Shown: positions 14,955 to 32,600 of the stretch, piece after piece
Layout: every line of letters starts with the position of its first letter
Position numbering within the stretch: the stretch's first letter is position 1
Assembly (NCBI GenBank): GCA_964016885.1
Contig: OZ024762.1
Location: 7,812,001 to 7,876,000 of the forward strand
Direction: 5' to 3'
DNA length: 64,000 nucleotides
Source: Eledone cirrhosa
Taxonomy: Eukaryota
The notes under the pieces: model-generated
Told to the model about the DNA's origin: nothing
The model's input: the letters and a program-made list of their open reading frames with translations, nothing else
The model's database searches: none
Translations under genes and position numbers: made by a program

Positions 14955-17900
14955 GGCGGCATCATAAGTTCATCATCAGAGGTGATTCTCTTCTCAGAAA
15001 ATAATATATTACACCCTACCTGCACATATTGACTGCTCATTCAGTAAATGATTAAATGTTTTACAAAGATGCATGTTATTCTACAAGGGCGGTGCCCCAG
15101 CACGGCCTCAGCCGGATGGCTGGAACAGGTAAAAGAGTAAAGGAATATATATATATATATATGTAACACTTTCTTTTGTAGATGTCACTGATATTGTGAG
15201 CGCTGTGATGCACCTGAATGAGGAATACAAAGCTGTATATGAAAACATGGAAGAAGATGAGACAAAAGCGAAAATTTCTGAAATAACTTCTCAGGTAAAG
15301 ATTTTTTGTACTATAATATAATCTCATCATCATCACCATTCGTCGACTACTGTCGAGATGATGGATCTCGCTCTCATGCCCCAGAATTCCCTGTCCCCCC
15401 ATCGCTGCCCCCAGGTCTTGTCTACCGATTCCCGTATCCCTAGAGATAACGTCAGGGAATGACAGCTTACTACTTCTAGTCAGGCTGGAGTCAGAGTTCC
15501 AGAGCAAGAGAGCGGATATGATTTCATTGCTGGCACGGTGACAGTGGCCAGCAAATATAATCTAGGGACCTCACTCTTCGGTGGTATCGTTTAATTCTGT
15601 TCCCCTTAACATATTTATATTTTAACATCGTCAATATTACACAACAACCACTGAAATGGTATGCTTCAGTGTTATAGCAAAAAACAATCAAATAAATGTA
15701 CAGTTTTATTATTTCAAGAAATGTTTTTTATGTCTATATCCTCACCATTACTATTAAATATATTATTTTAGAAACGTGAAATTTTGAAAATTTTTGATTT
15801 TAGGTGGATGCATCAATGAAAAACAACAGTAAATTGCAAGATACGTATGTCGGTAGTAATGTGACAGCATTAAGGTTTGTGCAACATTTAAGATTCTCTC
15901 TCTCACCTCACACTGCCTCTTTTATTTTCTGACTGTTCAGACTGTCCTCACAAAGACTTTACTTTACCTCAATGACTTGCTATTCATTGTAGCATCAGGC
16001 TATATATATATATACATAATCTTATATGATGCAGAAAGGGAACGAAATACACCTACAAGTCAGACAGAAATGTCGAATGTTTACCTTGTACGAGGGACAC
16101 AGGACACATGGTCATCGTTTCGTTTTTTTTCCATTTAAAACGAAAAGTGTATTTGTTTGGAAAAATAAATTTGAGGGTATCTTTTCTGAAGGTACATTAT
16201 GTTGTAATCTAATCGAAATAATTTCTTTATTTCAGCAATGGTAGTTTGGTGGTCTTTATCGATCTAATATTTGTGACATTGGAAAAGTTAACTGAAGCAG
16301 ATTTCAAGCAATCGATTAACTTAGATAGCGTCCGTGAGAGTTTGGAAACAATTATAAATATTATAAAGGAAAAACTGGAAATAGAGGGTAAAGGTAAGTG
16401 ACAGAGCTGATCTAATTTTCTAAGTTCTTATAAAATATTTAACAATAGTGAAGAAGACCGCAATGAAAGCAAATGTTACTATGTAGACACGAGAAATCAT
16501 ATACAGGTATAATTCCGTTATAATGAATACCATTATAACGAATCTTTCACTATAACGAAATGTTTCCTCTCCCCGAGGTAATAACAACAAACGCTTGATT
16601 TGTTTCGCTCAATCTCGTTACAACGTATTTATTAAACACACTAATTTGGTAATAACGGGATTTCACTGTATAAAAGAGTTATATTTCAGATGAAATATTT
16701 ATGAAATGTGTCGTTAAGGATATGTAGAATGTAAGTTAGAAATAAATGAGTAAAAATGTGAGAGGAGAAAGATAAATAAAACAACAAAATAGTTTACACC
16801 ATATCCTGTTTTACAACTTCAGGTCAAATAGCAACCACTGAGATACTATCTACCACTACAGATCAAATCACTGAGATACCATTTACCACTACAGGTCAAA
16901 CAACCACTGAGCTACCACCTACCGCTACAAATCAAACAATCATTGAGTCACCATCTACTACCACTGAACTCCCAACAACCACTGAGTTACCATCCAGTAC
17001 CACAAAACAAACAACAACCACTGAGTTACCATCTACTACCCCAGAACAACCATCAACCACTGAATTACCGCTCACAACAACAGAACAATCATCCACCACA
17101 GAGTTACCATCCACCACCACTGAGTTACCATCCACTACCACAGAACAATCATTAACGACTGACTTAACATCCACCACGTCTGAGTTACCATCTACCACCC
17201 CAGAACAACCACCAACCACAGTGTTACCGTCTACTACTACAGAACAAAGAACTACCACAGAGTTACCATCCATTACAACAGAACAACCATCAACCACTCA
17301 GTTACCATCTACTACCACAGGACAACCACCAACCACTGAGTTATCATCCACTACCACAGAACAAACATCAACCACTGTGTTACCAACTACCACTACAGAA
17401 CAACCATCAACCACAGATTTACTATCTACTGCTACAGAACAACGACCAACCACTGAGTTACCATCAACTACCACAGAAGAACCAACAAACACTGAGTTAC
17501 CATCAACAACTGAGCTACCATCAACTACCACAGAACAACCAACACTCAGTAAGTTACCAACTACAAGAACAGATCAAACAACCACTGACATAGCATCTAC
17601 CACTACATATCAAACCACAACTGAGGTACCATCCACAACTACAGACCAAACCACCACTGAATTATCATTTACCACAACAGATCAAACAACCACTGAGCTA
17701 CCATCTACAACTATAGATCAAACTACCCCTGAGATACAATCTAGCACTATAGATCAAACAACCACAGAGCTACCATCCACAACTATAGATCAAACAACCA
17801 CTGAGGTACCATCCACAAATACAGACCATACTACCACCGAGGTAGCATCTACCACTACAGATCAAACCACCACTGAGCTACCATCTACAACTACAGACGA

Positions 17901-20900
17901 AACCATCACAGAACTATCATTCACCACTACATATCAAACTACCACTGAGATACCATCTAGCACTACATATCAAATAACAACCACTGAGATAACATCTACC
18001 ACAACAGATCAAATAACAACCATTGAGGTACCATCTACAACTACAGAGCAAACCCCCACAGAGCAATCATCTACGACTACAGATCAAACCACCACTGAGC
18101 TACCATCTCCTACCACTGAGCTACCGTTTACCACTACAGATCAAATAACAACCACTGATCTATTATCTACCACTACAGATCAGATAAACACTGAACTACC
18201 ATCTACCACCACAGATCAAACAATCACTGACTTACAATCTACCACCACTGAACTACCATCTACCACCACAGATCAAACAACCACTGAGCTACCATTTATC
18301 ACCACTGAACTACCATCTACCACCAGAGATCAAACAATCACTGACTTACAATCTACCACCACTGAACTACCATCTACCACCACAGATCAAACAACCACTG
18401 ACTTACAATCTACCACCACTGAACTACCATCTACCACCACAGATCAAACAACCACTGACTTACAATCTACCACCACTGAACTACCATCTACCACCACAGA
18501 TCAAACAACCACTGACTTACAATCTACCACCTCTGAACTACCATCTACCACCACAGATCAAACAACCACTGACTTACAATCTACCACCACTGACCTACCA
18601 TCTACCACCACAGATCAAACAACCACTGACTTACAATATACCACCACTGAACTACCATCTACCACCACAGATCAAACAACCACTGACTTACAATCTACTA
18701 CCACTGAACTACCATCTACCACCACAGATCAAACAACCACTCACTTACAATCTACCACCACCGAACTACCATCTACCACCACAGATCAAACAACCACTGA
18801 CTTACAATCTACCACCACTGACCTACCATCTACCACCACAGATCAAACAACCACCGACTTACAATCTACCACCACTGACCTACCATCTTCCAACACAGAT
18901 CAAACAACCACTGACTTACAATCTACCACCACTGAACTACCATCTACCACCACTGAACTACCATCTACCACCACAGATCAAACAACCACTGACTTACAAT
19001 CTACCACCACTGAACTACCATCTACCATCACAGATCAAACAACCACTGACTTACAATCTACCACCACTGAACTACCATCTACCACCACAGATCAAACAAC
19101 CACTGACTTACAATCTACCACCTCTGAACTACCATCTACCACCACAGATCAAACAACCACTGACTTACAATCTACCACCACTGACCTACCATCTACCACC
19201 ACAGATGAAACAAACACTGACTTACAATATACCACCACTGAACTACCATCTACCACCACAGATCAAACAACCACTGACTTACAATCTACCGCCACCGAAC
19301 TACCATCTACCACCACAGATCAAACAACCACTGACTTACAATCTACCACCACTGACCTACCATCTACCACCACAGATCAAACAACCACCGACTTACAATC
19401 TACCACCACTGACCTACCATCTTCCACCACAGATCAAACAACCACTGACTTACAATCTACCACCACTGAACTACCATCTACCACCACTGAACTACCATCT
19501 ACCACCACAGATCAAACAACCACTGACTTACAATCTACCACCACTGAACTACCATCTACCACCACAGATCAAACAACCACTGACTTACAATCTACCACCA
19601 CTGAACTACCATCTACCACCACAGATCAAACAACCACTGACTTACAATCTACCACCACTGAACTACCATCTACCACCACAGATCAAACAACCACTGACTT
19701 ACAATCTACCACCACAGATCAAACAACCACTGACTTACAATCTACCACCACCGAACTACCATCTACCACCACAGATCAAACAACCACTGACTTACAATCT
19801 ACTACCACTGACCTACCATCTACCACCACAGATCAAACAACCACTGACTTACAATCTACCACCACTGACCTACCATCTACCACCACAGATCAAACAACCA
19901 CCGACTTACAATCTACCACCACTGACCTACCATCTTCCACCACAGATCAAACAACCACTGACTTACAATCTACCACCACTGAACTACCATCTACCACCAC
20001 TGAACTACCATCTACCACCACAGATCAAACAACCACTGACTTACAATCTACCACCACTGAACTACCATCTACCACCACAGATCAAACAACCACTGACTTA
20101 CAATCTACCAGCACTGAACTACCATCTACCACCACAGATCAAACAACCACTGACTTACAATCTACCACCACTGAACTACCATCTACCACCACAGATCAAA
20201 CAACCACTGACTTACAATCTACCACCACAGATCAAACAACCACTGACTTACAATCTACCACCACCGAACTACCATCTACCACCACAGATCAAACAACCAC
20301 TGACTTACAATCTACTACCACTGACCTACCATCTACCACCACAGATCAAACAACCACTGACTTACAATCTACCACCACTGAACTACCATCTACCACCACA
20401 GATCAAACAACCACTGACTTACAATCTACCACCACTGAACTACCATCTACCACCACAGATCAAACAACCACTGACTTACAATCTACCACCACTGACCTAC
20501 CATCTACCACCACAGATCAAACAACCACTGACTTACAATCTACCACCACTGAACTACCATCTACCACCACAGATCAAACAACCACTGACTTACAATCTAC
20601 CACCACTGAACTACCATCTACCACCACAGATCAAACAACCACTGACTTACAATCTACCACCACTGACCTACCATCTACCACCACAGATCAAACAACCACT
20701 GACCTACAATCTACCACCACTGAACTACCATCTACCACCACAGATCAAACAACCACTGACTTACCATCTACCACCTCTGAACTACCATCTACCACCACAG
20801 ATCAAACAACCACTGACTTACAATCTACCACCACTGAACTACCATCTACCACCACAGATCAAACAACCACTGACTTACAATCTACCACCTCTGAACTACC

Positions 20901-23566
20901 ATCTACCACCACAGATCAAACAACCACTGACTTACAATCTACTACCACTGAACTACCATCTACCACCACAGATCAAACAACCACTGACTTACAATCTACC
21001 ACCTCTGAACTACCATCTACCACCACAGATCAAACAACCACTGACTTACAATCTACCACCACTGAACTACCATCTACCACCACAGATAAAACAACCACTG
21101 ACTTACAATCTACCTCCACTGAACTACCATCTACCACCACAGATCAAACAACCACTGACTTACAATCTACCACCACTGACCTACCATCTACCACCACAGA
21201 TGAAACAACCACTGACTTACAATCTACTACCACTGAACTACCATCTACCACCACAGATCAAACAACCACTGACTTACAATCAACCACCACTGAACTACCA
21301 TCTACCACCACAGATCAAACAACCACTGACTTACAATCTACCACCACTGACCTACCATCTACCACCACAGATCAAACAACCACTGACTTAAAATCTACCA
21401 GCACTGACCTACCATCTACCACCACAGATCAAACAACCACCGACTTACAATCTACCACCACTGACCTACCATCTACCACCACAGATCAAACAACCACTGA
21501 CTTACAATCTACCACCACTGAACTACCATCTACCACCACTGAACTACCATCTACCACCACAGATCAAACAACCACTGACTTACAATCTACCACCACTGAA
21601 CTACCATCTACCACCACAGATCAAACAACCACTGACTTACAATCTACCACCACTGAACTACCATCTACCACCACAGATCAAACAAACACTGACTTACAAT
21701 CTACCACCACAGGTCAAACAACCACTGACTTACAATCTACCACCACTGACCTACCATCTACCACCACAGATCAAACAACCACTGACTTACAATCTACCAC
21801 CACTGAACTACCATCTACCACCACAGATCAAACAACCACTGACTTACCATCTACCACCACTGAACTACCATCTACCACCACAGATCAAACAACCACTGAC
21901 TTACAATCTACCACCACTGACCTACCATCTACCACCACAGATCAAACAACCACTGACTTACAATCTACCACCACCGAACTACCATCTACCACCACTGAAC
22001 TACCACCTACCACCACAGATCAAACAACCACTGACTTACAATCTACCACCACTGAACTACCATCTACCACCACAGATCAAAGAACCACTGACTTACAATC
22101 TACCACCACTGAACTACCATCTACCACCACAGATCAAACAACCACTGACTTACAATCTACCACCACAGATCAAACAACCACTGACTTACAATCTACCACC
22201 ACCGAACTACCATCTACCACCACAGATCAAACAACCACTGACTTACAATCTACTACCACTGACCTACCATCTACCACCACAGATCATACAACCACTGACT
22301 TACAATCTACCACCACTGAACTACCATCTACCACCACAGATCAAACAACCACTGACTTACAATCTACCACCACTGACCTACCATCTACCACCACAGATCA
22401 AACAACCACTGACTTACAATCTACCACCACTGAACTACCATCTACCACCACAGATCAAACAACCACTGACTTACCATCTACCACCACTGAACTACCATCT
22501 ACCACCAAAGATCAAACAACCACTGACTTACAATCTACCACCACTGACCTACCATCTACCACCACAGATCAAACAACCACTGACTTACAATCTACCACCA
22601 CTGAACTACCATCTACCACCACAGAACAATCAACCACTGACTTACAATCTACCCCCACTGGCCTACCATCTACCACCACAGATCAAACAACCACTGACTT
22701 ACAATCTACCACCACTGACCTACCATCTACCACCACAGATCAAACAACCACTGACTTACAATCTACCACCACTGAACTACCATCTACCACTACAGATGAA
22801 TCAACCACTGAGTTACCATCTACCACAACAGATCAAACTACCACTGAGCTACCATCTACCACTACAGATCAAACCACAATTGAGCTACCATCTACAACAA
22901 CAGATCAAACCACCACTGAGCTACCTTCTACCACTACAGATCAAACCACCACTGAGCTACCATCTACCACTACAGATCAAACAACCACTGGAGTACCATC
23001 TAGCACTACAGATCAAACCACCACTGAGCTACCATCTACCACTACAGATCAACTATCCACCACTGAGTTACCATCTACAACTACAGATCTAACAAGTACA
23101 GAGCTACCATCAACAGCCACTGATGAAACTACCACTGATCAACCATCCACCACTGAGTTACCACCTACCACCACTGAACAACCAACATCCTCTCCCGCTG
23201 CAAGTAAGTGTCATGTTATTTGTGATATAGAAATATTACATAGATTTAGAAATTAAATATTTTCATCATGATATAGTATTATATTTTCTTTTGACAACCA
23301 AATGCAGGAATCTATGTAGTTATATTTATTTCTGTGGGCATTTTTAAAGGGATGATTGTGTCAATATGACCGTAGTTTAAATGTGTTTGACATTATACCA
23401 ACTATATTCGTTTAGAATATCGTGAATTCCGTTGTTGGATTCCAATGAGAAATCTTCCTATCAGAGTTGCACAGATCCAATGGTTGGTTAGTAGTTAAAG
23501 GTTTTGATATGTTTCACTGGGTTTATATATTGTTCTTATATACATATATATATTTATATATGTATA

Positions 23567-23641
<75 letters not shown>

Positions 23642-26600
23642 GGCGGCATCATAAGTTCATCATCAGAGGTGATTCTCTTCTCAGAAAATAATATATTACA
23701 CCCTACCTGCACATATTGACTGCTCATTCAGTAAATGATTAAATGTTTTACAAAGATGCATGTTATTCTACAAGGGCGGTGGCCCAGCACGGCCTCAGCC
23801 GGGTGGCTGGAACAGGTAAAAGAGTAAAGGAATATATATATATATATATGTAACACTTTCTTTTGTAGATGTCACTGCTATTGTGAGCGCTGTGATGCAC
23901 CTGAATGAGGAATACAAAGCTGTATATGAAAACATGGAAGAAGATGAGACAAAAGCGAAAATTTCTGAAATAACTTCTCAGGTAAAGATTTTTTGTACTA
24001 TAATATAATCTCATCATCATCACCATTCGTCGACTACTGTCGAGATGATGGATCTCGCTCTCATGCCCCAGAATTCCCTGTCCCCCCATCGCTGCCCCCA
24101 GGTCTTGTCTACTGATTCCCGTATCCCTAGAGATAACGTCAGGGAATGACAGCTTACTACTTCTAGTCAGGCTGGAGTCAGAGTTCCAGAGCAAGAGAGC
24201 GGATATGATTTCATTGCTGGCATGGTGACAGTGGCCAGCAAATATAATCTAGGGACCTCACTCTTCGGTGGTATCGTTTAATTCTGTTCCCCTTAACATA
24301 TTTATATTTTAACATCGTCAATATTACACAACAACCACTGAAATGGTATGCTTCAGTGTTATAGCAAAAAACAATCAAATAAATGTACAGTTTTATTATT
24401 TCAAGAAATGTTTTTTATGTCTATATCCTCACCATTACTATTAAATATATTATTTTAGAAACGTGAAATTTTGAAAATTTTTGATTTTAGGTGGATGCGT
24501 CAATGAAAAACAACAGTAAATTGCAAGATACGTATGTCGGTAGTAATGTGACAGCATTAAGGTTTGTGCAACATTTAAGATTCTCTCTCTCACCTCACAC
24601 TGCCTCTTTTATTTTCTGACTGTTCAGACTGTCCTCACAAAGACTTTACTTTACCTCAATGACTTGCTATTCATTGTAGCATCAGGCTATATATATATAT
24701 ACATAATCTTATATGATGCAGAAAGGGAACGAAATACACCTACAAGTCAGACAGAAATGTCGAATGTTTACCTTGTACGAGGGACACAGGACACATGGTC
24801 ATCGTTTCGTTTTTTTTCCATTTAAAACGAAAAGTGTATTTGTTTGGAAAAATAAATTTGAGGGTATCTTTTCTGAAGGTACATTATGTTGTAATCTAAT
24901 CGAAATAATTTCTTTATTTCAGCAATGGTAGTTTGGTGGTCTTTATCGATCTAATATTTGTGACATTGGAAAAGTTAACTGAAGCAGATTTCAAGCAATC
25001 GATTAACTTAGATAGCGTCCGTAAGAGTTTGGAAACAATTATAAATATTATAAAGGAAAAACTGGAAATAGAGGGTAAAGGTAAGTGACAGAGCTGATCT
25101 AATTTTCTAAGTTCTTATAAAATATTTAACAATAGTGAAGAAGACCGCAATGAAAGCAAATGTTACTATGTAGACACGAGAAATCATATACAGGTATAAT
25201 TCCGTTATAATGAATACCATTATAACGAATCTTTCACTATAACGAAATGTTTTCTCTCCCCGAGGTAATAACAACAAACGCTTGATTTGTTTCGCTCAAT
25301 CTCGTTACAACATATTTATTAAACACACTAATTTGGTAATAACGGGATTTCACTGTATAAAAGAGTTATATTTCAGATGAAATATTTATGAAATGTGTCG
25401 TTAAGGATATGTAGAATGTAAGTTAGAAATAAATGAGTAAAAATGTGAGAGGAGAAAGATAAATAAAACAACAAAATAGTTTACACCATATCCTGTTTTA
25501 CAACTTCAGGTCAAATAGCAACCACTGAGATACTATCTACCACTACAGATCAAATCACTGAGATACCATTTACCACTACAGGTCAAACAACCACTGAGCT
25601 ACCACCTACCGCTACAAATCAAACAATCATTGAGTCACCATCTACTACCACTGAACTCCCAACAACCACTGAGTTACCATCCAGTACCACAAAACAAACA
25701 ACAACCACTGAGTTACCATCTACTACCCCAGAACAACTATCAACCACTGAATTACCGCTCACAACCACAGAACAATCATCCACCACAGAGTTACCATCCA
25801 CCACCACTGAGTTACCATCCACTACCACAGAACAATCATTAACGACTGACTTAACATCCACCACGTCTGAGTTACCATCTACCACCCCAGAACAACCACC
25901 AACCACAGTGTTACCGTCTACTACTACAGAACAAAGAACTACCACAGAGTTACCATCCATTACAACAGAACAACCATCAACCACTCAGTTACCATCTACT
26001 ACCACAGGACAACCATCAACCACTGAGTTATCATCCACTACCACAGAACAACCATCAACCACTGTGTTACCAACTACCACTACAGAACAACCATCAACCA
26101 CAGATTTACTATCTACTGCTACAGAACAACGACCAACCACTGAGTTACCATCAACTACCACAGAAGAACCAACAAACACTGAGTTACCATCAACAACTGA
26201 GCTACCATCAACTACCACAGAACAACCAACACTCAGTAAGTTACCAACTACAAGAACAGATCAAACAACCACTGACATAGCATCTACCACTACATATCAA
26301 ACCACAACTGAGGTACCATCCACAACTACAGACCAAACCACCACTGAGTTATCATTTACCACAACAGATCAAACAACCACTGAGCTACCATCTACAACTA
26401 TAGATCAAACTACCCCTGAGATACAATCTAGCACTATAGATCAAACAACCACAGAGCTACCATCCACAACTATAGATCAAACAACCACTGAGGTACCATC
26501 CACAAATACAGACCATACTACCACCGAGGTAGCATCTACCACTACAGATCAAACCACCACTGAGCTACCATCTACAACTACAGACGAAACCATCACAGAA

Positions 26601-29600
26601 CTATCATTCACCACTACATATCAAACTACCACTGAGATACCATCTAGCACTACAGATCAAATAACAACCACTGAGATAACATCTACCACAACAGATCAAA
26701 TAACAACCATTGAGGTACCATCTACAACTACAGAGCAAACCCCCACAGAGCAATCATCTACGACTACAGATCAAACCACCACTGAGCTACCATCTCCTAC
26801 CACTGAGCTACCGTTTACCACTACAGATCAAATAACAACCACTGATCTATTATCTACCACTACAGATCAGATAAACACTGAACTACCATCTACCACCACA
26901 GATCAAACAATCACTGACTTACAATCTACCACCACTGAACTACCATCTACCACCACAGATCAAACAACCACTGACTTACAATCTACCACCACTGAACTAC
27001 CATCTACCACCACAGATCAAACAACCACTGACTTACAATCTACCACCACTGAACTACCATCTACCACCACAGATCAAACAACCACTGACTTACAATCTAC
27101 CACCACTGAACTACCATCTACTACCACAGATCAAACAACCACTGACTTACAATCTACCACCACTGACCTACCATCTACCACCACAGATCAAACAACCACT
27201 GACTTACAATCTACCACCACTGAACTACCATCTACCACCAAAGATCAAACAACCACTGACTTACAATCTACCACCACTGAACTACCATCTACCACCACAG
27301 ATCAAACAACCACTGACTTACAATCTACCACCACTGAACTACCATCTACCACCACAGATCAAACAACCACTGACTTACAATCTACCACCACTGAACTACC
27401 ATCTACCACCACAGATCAAACAACCACTGACTTACAATCTACCACCACTGACCTACCATCTACCACCACAGATCAAACAACCACTGACTTACAATCTACC
27501 ACCACTGAACTACCATCTACCACCACAGATCAAACAACCACTGACTTACAATCTACCGCCACTGAACTACCATCTACCACCACAGATCAAACAACCACTG
27601 ACTTACAATCTACCGCCACTGACCTACCATCTACCACCACAGATCAAACAACCACTGACTTACAATCTACCACCACTGACCTACCATCTACCACCACAGA
27701 TCAAACAACCACTGACTTACAATCTACCACCACTGAACTACCATCTACCACCACAGATCAAACAACCACTGACTTACAATCTACCACCACTGAACTACCA
27801 TCTACCACCACAGATAAAACAACCAATGACTTACAATCTACCACCACTGAACTACCATCTTCCACCACAGATCAAACAACCACTGACTTACAATCAACCA
27901 CCACTGAACTACCATCTACCACCACTGATCAAACAACCACTGACTTACAATCTACCACCACTGAACTACCATCTACCACCACAGATCAAACAACCACTGA
28001 CTTACAATCTACCACCACTGACCTACCATCTACCACCACAGATCAAACAACCACTGACTTACAATCTACCACCACTGCACTACCATCTACAACCACAGAT
28101 CAATCAACCACTGACTTACAATCTACCCCCACTGACCTACCATCTACCACCACAGATCAAACAACCACTTACTTACAATCTACCACCACTGACCTACCAT
28201 CTACCACCACAGATCAAACAACCACTGACTTACAATCTACCACCACTGCACTACCATCTACCACCACAGATCAATCAACCACTGACTTACAATCTACCCC
28301 CACTGACCTACCATCTACCACCACAGATCAAACAACCACTGACTTACAATCTACCACCACTGACCTACCATCTACCACCACAGATCAAACAACCACTGAC
28401 TTACAATCTACCGCCACTGACCTACCATCTACCACCACAGATCAAACAACCACTGACTTACAATCTACCGCCACTGACCTACCATCTACCACCACAGATC
28501 AAACAACCACTGACTTACAATCTACCACCACTGACCTACCATCTACCACCACAGATCAAACAACCACTGACTTACAATCTACCACCACTGACCTACCATC
28601 TACCACCACAGATCAAACAACCACTGACTTACAATCTACCACCACTGACCTACCATCTACCACCACAGATCAAACAACCACTGACTTACAATCTACCACC
28701 ACTGAACTACCATCTACCACCACAGATCAAACAACCACTGACTTACAATCAACCACCACTGAACTCCCATCTACCACCACTGATCAAACAACCACTGACC
28801 TACAATCTACCACCACTTACCTACCATCTACCACCACAGATCAAACAACCACTGACTTACAATCTACCACCACTGAACTACCATCTACCACCACAGATCA
28901 AACAACCACTGACTTACAATCAACCACCACTGAACTACCATCTACCACCACAGATCAAACAACCACTGACTTACAATCTACCACCACTGAACTACCATCT
29001 ACCACAACAGATCAAACAACCACTGAGCTACCATTTATTACCACTGACATACAATCTACCACCACAGATCAAACAACCACTGACTTACAATCTACCACAA
29101 CTGAACTACCATCTACCACCACAGATCAAACAACCACTGACTTACAATCTACCACCACTAAACTACCATCTACCACCACAGATCAAACAACCACTGACTT
29201 ACAATCTACCACCACTGACCTACCATCTACCACCACAGATCAAACAACCACTGACTTACAATATACCACCACTGAACTACCATCTACCACCACAGATCAA
29301 ACAACCACTGATTTACAATCTACTACCACTGAACTACCATCTACCACCACATATCAAACAACCACTGACTTACAATCTACCACCACTGAACTACCATCTA
29401 CCACCACAGATCAAACAACCACTGACTTACAATCTACCACCACTGACCTACTATCTACCACCACAGATCAAACAACCACCGACTTACAATCTACCACCAC
29501 TGACCTACCATCTACCACCACTGAACTACCATCTACCACCACAGATCAAACAACCACTGACTTACAATCTACCACCACTGAACTACCATCTACCACCACA

Positions 29601-32600
29601 GATCAAACAACCACTGACTTACAATCTACCAGCACTGAACTACCATCTACCACCACAGATCAAACAACCACTGACTTACAATCTACCACCACTGAACTAC
29701 CATCTACCACCACTGAACTACCATCTACCACCACAGATCAAACAACCACTGACTTACAATCTACCACCACTGAACTACCATCTACCACCACAGATCAAAC
29801 AACCACTGACTTACAATCTACCAGCACTGAACTACCATCTACCACCACAGATCAAACAACCACTGACTTACAATCTACCACCACTGAACTACCATCTACC
29901 ACCACAGATCAAACAAACACTGACTTACAATCTACCACCACAGATCAAACAACCACTGACTTACAATCTACCACCACTGAACTACCATCTACCACCACAG
30001 ATCAAAGAACCACTGACTTACAATCAACCACCACTGAACTACCATCTACCACCACAGATCAAACAACCACTGACTTACAATCTACCACCACTGAACTACC
30101 ATCTACCACCACAGATCAAACAACCACTGACTTACAATCTACCACCACTGAACTACCATCTACCACCACAGATCAAACAACCACTGACTTACAATCTACC
30201 ACCACTGACCTACCATCTACCACCACAGATCAAACAACCACTGACTTACAATCTACCACCACTGAACTACCATCTACCACCACAGATCAAACAACCACTG
30301 ACTTACAATCTACCACCACTGAACTACCATCTACCACCACAGATCAAACAACCACTGACTTACAATCTACCACCACTGAACTACCATCTACCACCACAGA
30401 TCAAACAACCACTGACTTACAATCTACCACCACTGACCTACCATCTACCACCACAGATCAAACAACCACTGACTTACAATCTACCACCACTGAACTACCA
30501 TCTACCACCACAGATCAAACAACCACTGACTTACAATCTACCACCACTGAACTACCATCTACCACCACAGATCAAACAACCACTGACTTACAATCTACCA
30601 CCACTGAACTACCATCTACCACCACAGATCAAACAACCACTGACTTACAATCTACCACCACTGAACTACCATCTACCACCACAGATCAAACAACCACTGA
30701 CTTACAATCTACCACCACTGACCTACCATCTACCACCACAGATCAAACAACCACTGACTTACAATCTACCACCACTGAACTACCATCTACCACCACAGAT
30801 CAAACAACCACTGACTTACAATCTACCACCACTGAACTACCATCTACCACCACAGATCAAACAACCACTGACTTACAATCTACCGCCACTGACCTACCAT
30901 CTACCACCACAGATCAAACAACCACTGACTTACAATCTACCACCACTGACCTACCATCTACCACCACAGATCAAACAACCACTGACTTACCATCTACCAC
31001 CACTGAACTACCATCTACCACCACAGATCAAACAACCACTGACTTACAATCTACCACCACGGAACTACCATCTACCACCACAGATAAAACAACCAATGAC
31101 TTACAATCTACCACCACTGAACTACCATCTTCCACCACAGATCAAACAACCACTGACTTACAATCAACCACCACTGAACTACCATCTACCACCACTGATC
31201 AAACAACCACTGACTTACAATCTACCACCACTGAACTACCATCTACCACGACAGATCAAACAACCACTGACTTACAATCTACCCCCACTGACCTACCATC
31301 TACCACCACAGATCAAACAACCACTGACTTACAATCTACCACCACTGCACTACCATCTACCACCACAGATCAATCAACCACTGACTTACAATCTACCACC
31401 ACTGACCTACCATCTACCACCACAGATCAAACAACCACTGACTTACAATCTACCACCACTGCACTACCATCTACCACCACTGATCAATCAACCACTGACT
31501 TACAATCTACCCCCACTGACCTACCATCTACCACCACAGATCAAACAACCACTGACTTACAATCTACCACCACTGACCTACCATCTACCACCACAGATCA
31601 AACAACCACTGACTTACAATCTACCGCCACTGACCTACCATCTACCACCACAGATCAAACAACCACTGACTTACAATCTACCGCCACTGACCTACCATCT
31701 ACCACCACAGATCAAACAACCACTGACTTACAATCTACCACCACTGACCTACCATCTGCCACCACAGATCAAACAACCACTGACTTACAATCTACCACCA
31801 CTGACCTACCATCTACCACCACAGATCAAACAACCACTGACTTACAATCTACCACCACTGACCTACCATCTACCACCACAGATCAAACAACCACTGACTT
31901 ACAATCTACCACCACTGAACTACCATCTACCACCACAGATCAAACAACCACTGACTTACAATCTACCACCACTGACCTACCATCTACCACCACAGATCAA
32001 ACAACCACTGACTTACAATCTACCACCACTGAACTACCATCTACCACCACAGATCAAACAACCACTGACTTACAATCAACCACCACTGAACTCCCATCTA
32101 CCACCACTGATCAAACAACCACTGACCTACAATCTACCACCACTTACCTACCATCTACCACCACAGATCAAACAACCACTGACTTACAATCTACCACCAC
32201 TGAACTACCATCTACCACCACAGATCAAACAACCACTGACTTACAATCAACCACCACTGAACTACCATCTACCACCACAGATCAAACAACCACTGACTTA
32301 CAATCTACCACCACTGAACTACCATCTACCACAACAGATCAAACAACCACTGAGCTACCATTTATTACCACTGACATACAATCTACCACCACAGATCAAA
32401 CAACCACTGACTTACAATCTACCACAACTGAACTACCATCTACCACCACAGATCAAACAACCACTGACTTACAATCTACCACCACTAAACTACCATCTAC
32501 CACCACAGATCAAACAACCACTGACTTACAATCTACCACCACTGACCTACCATCTACCACCACAGATCAAACAACCACTGACTTACAATATACCACCACT

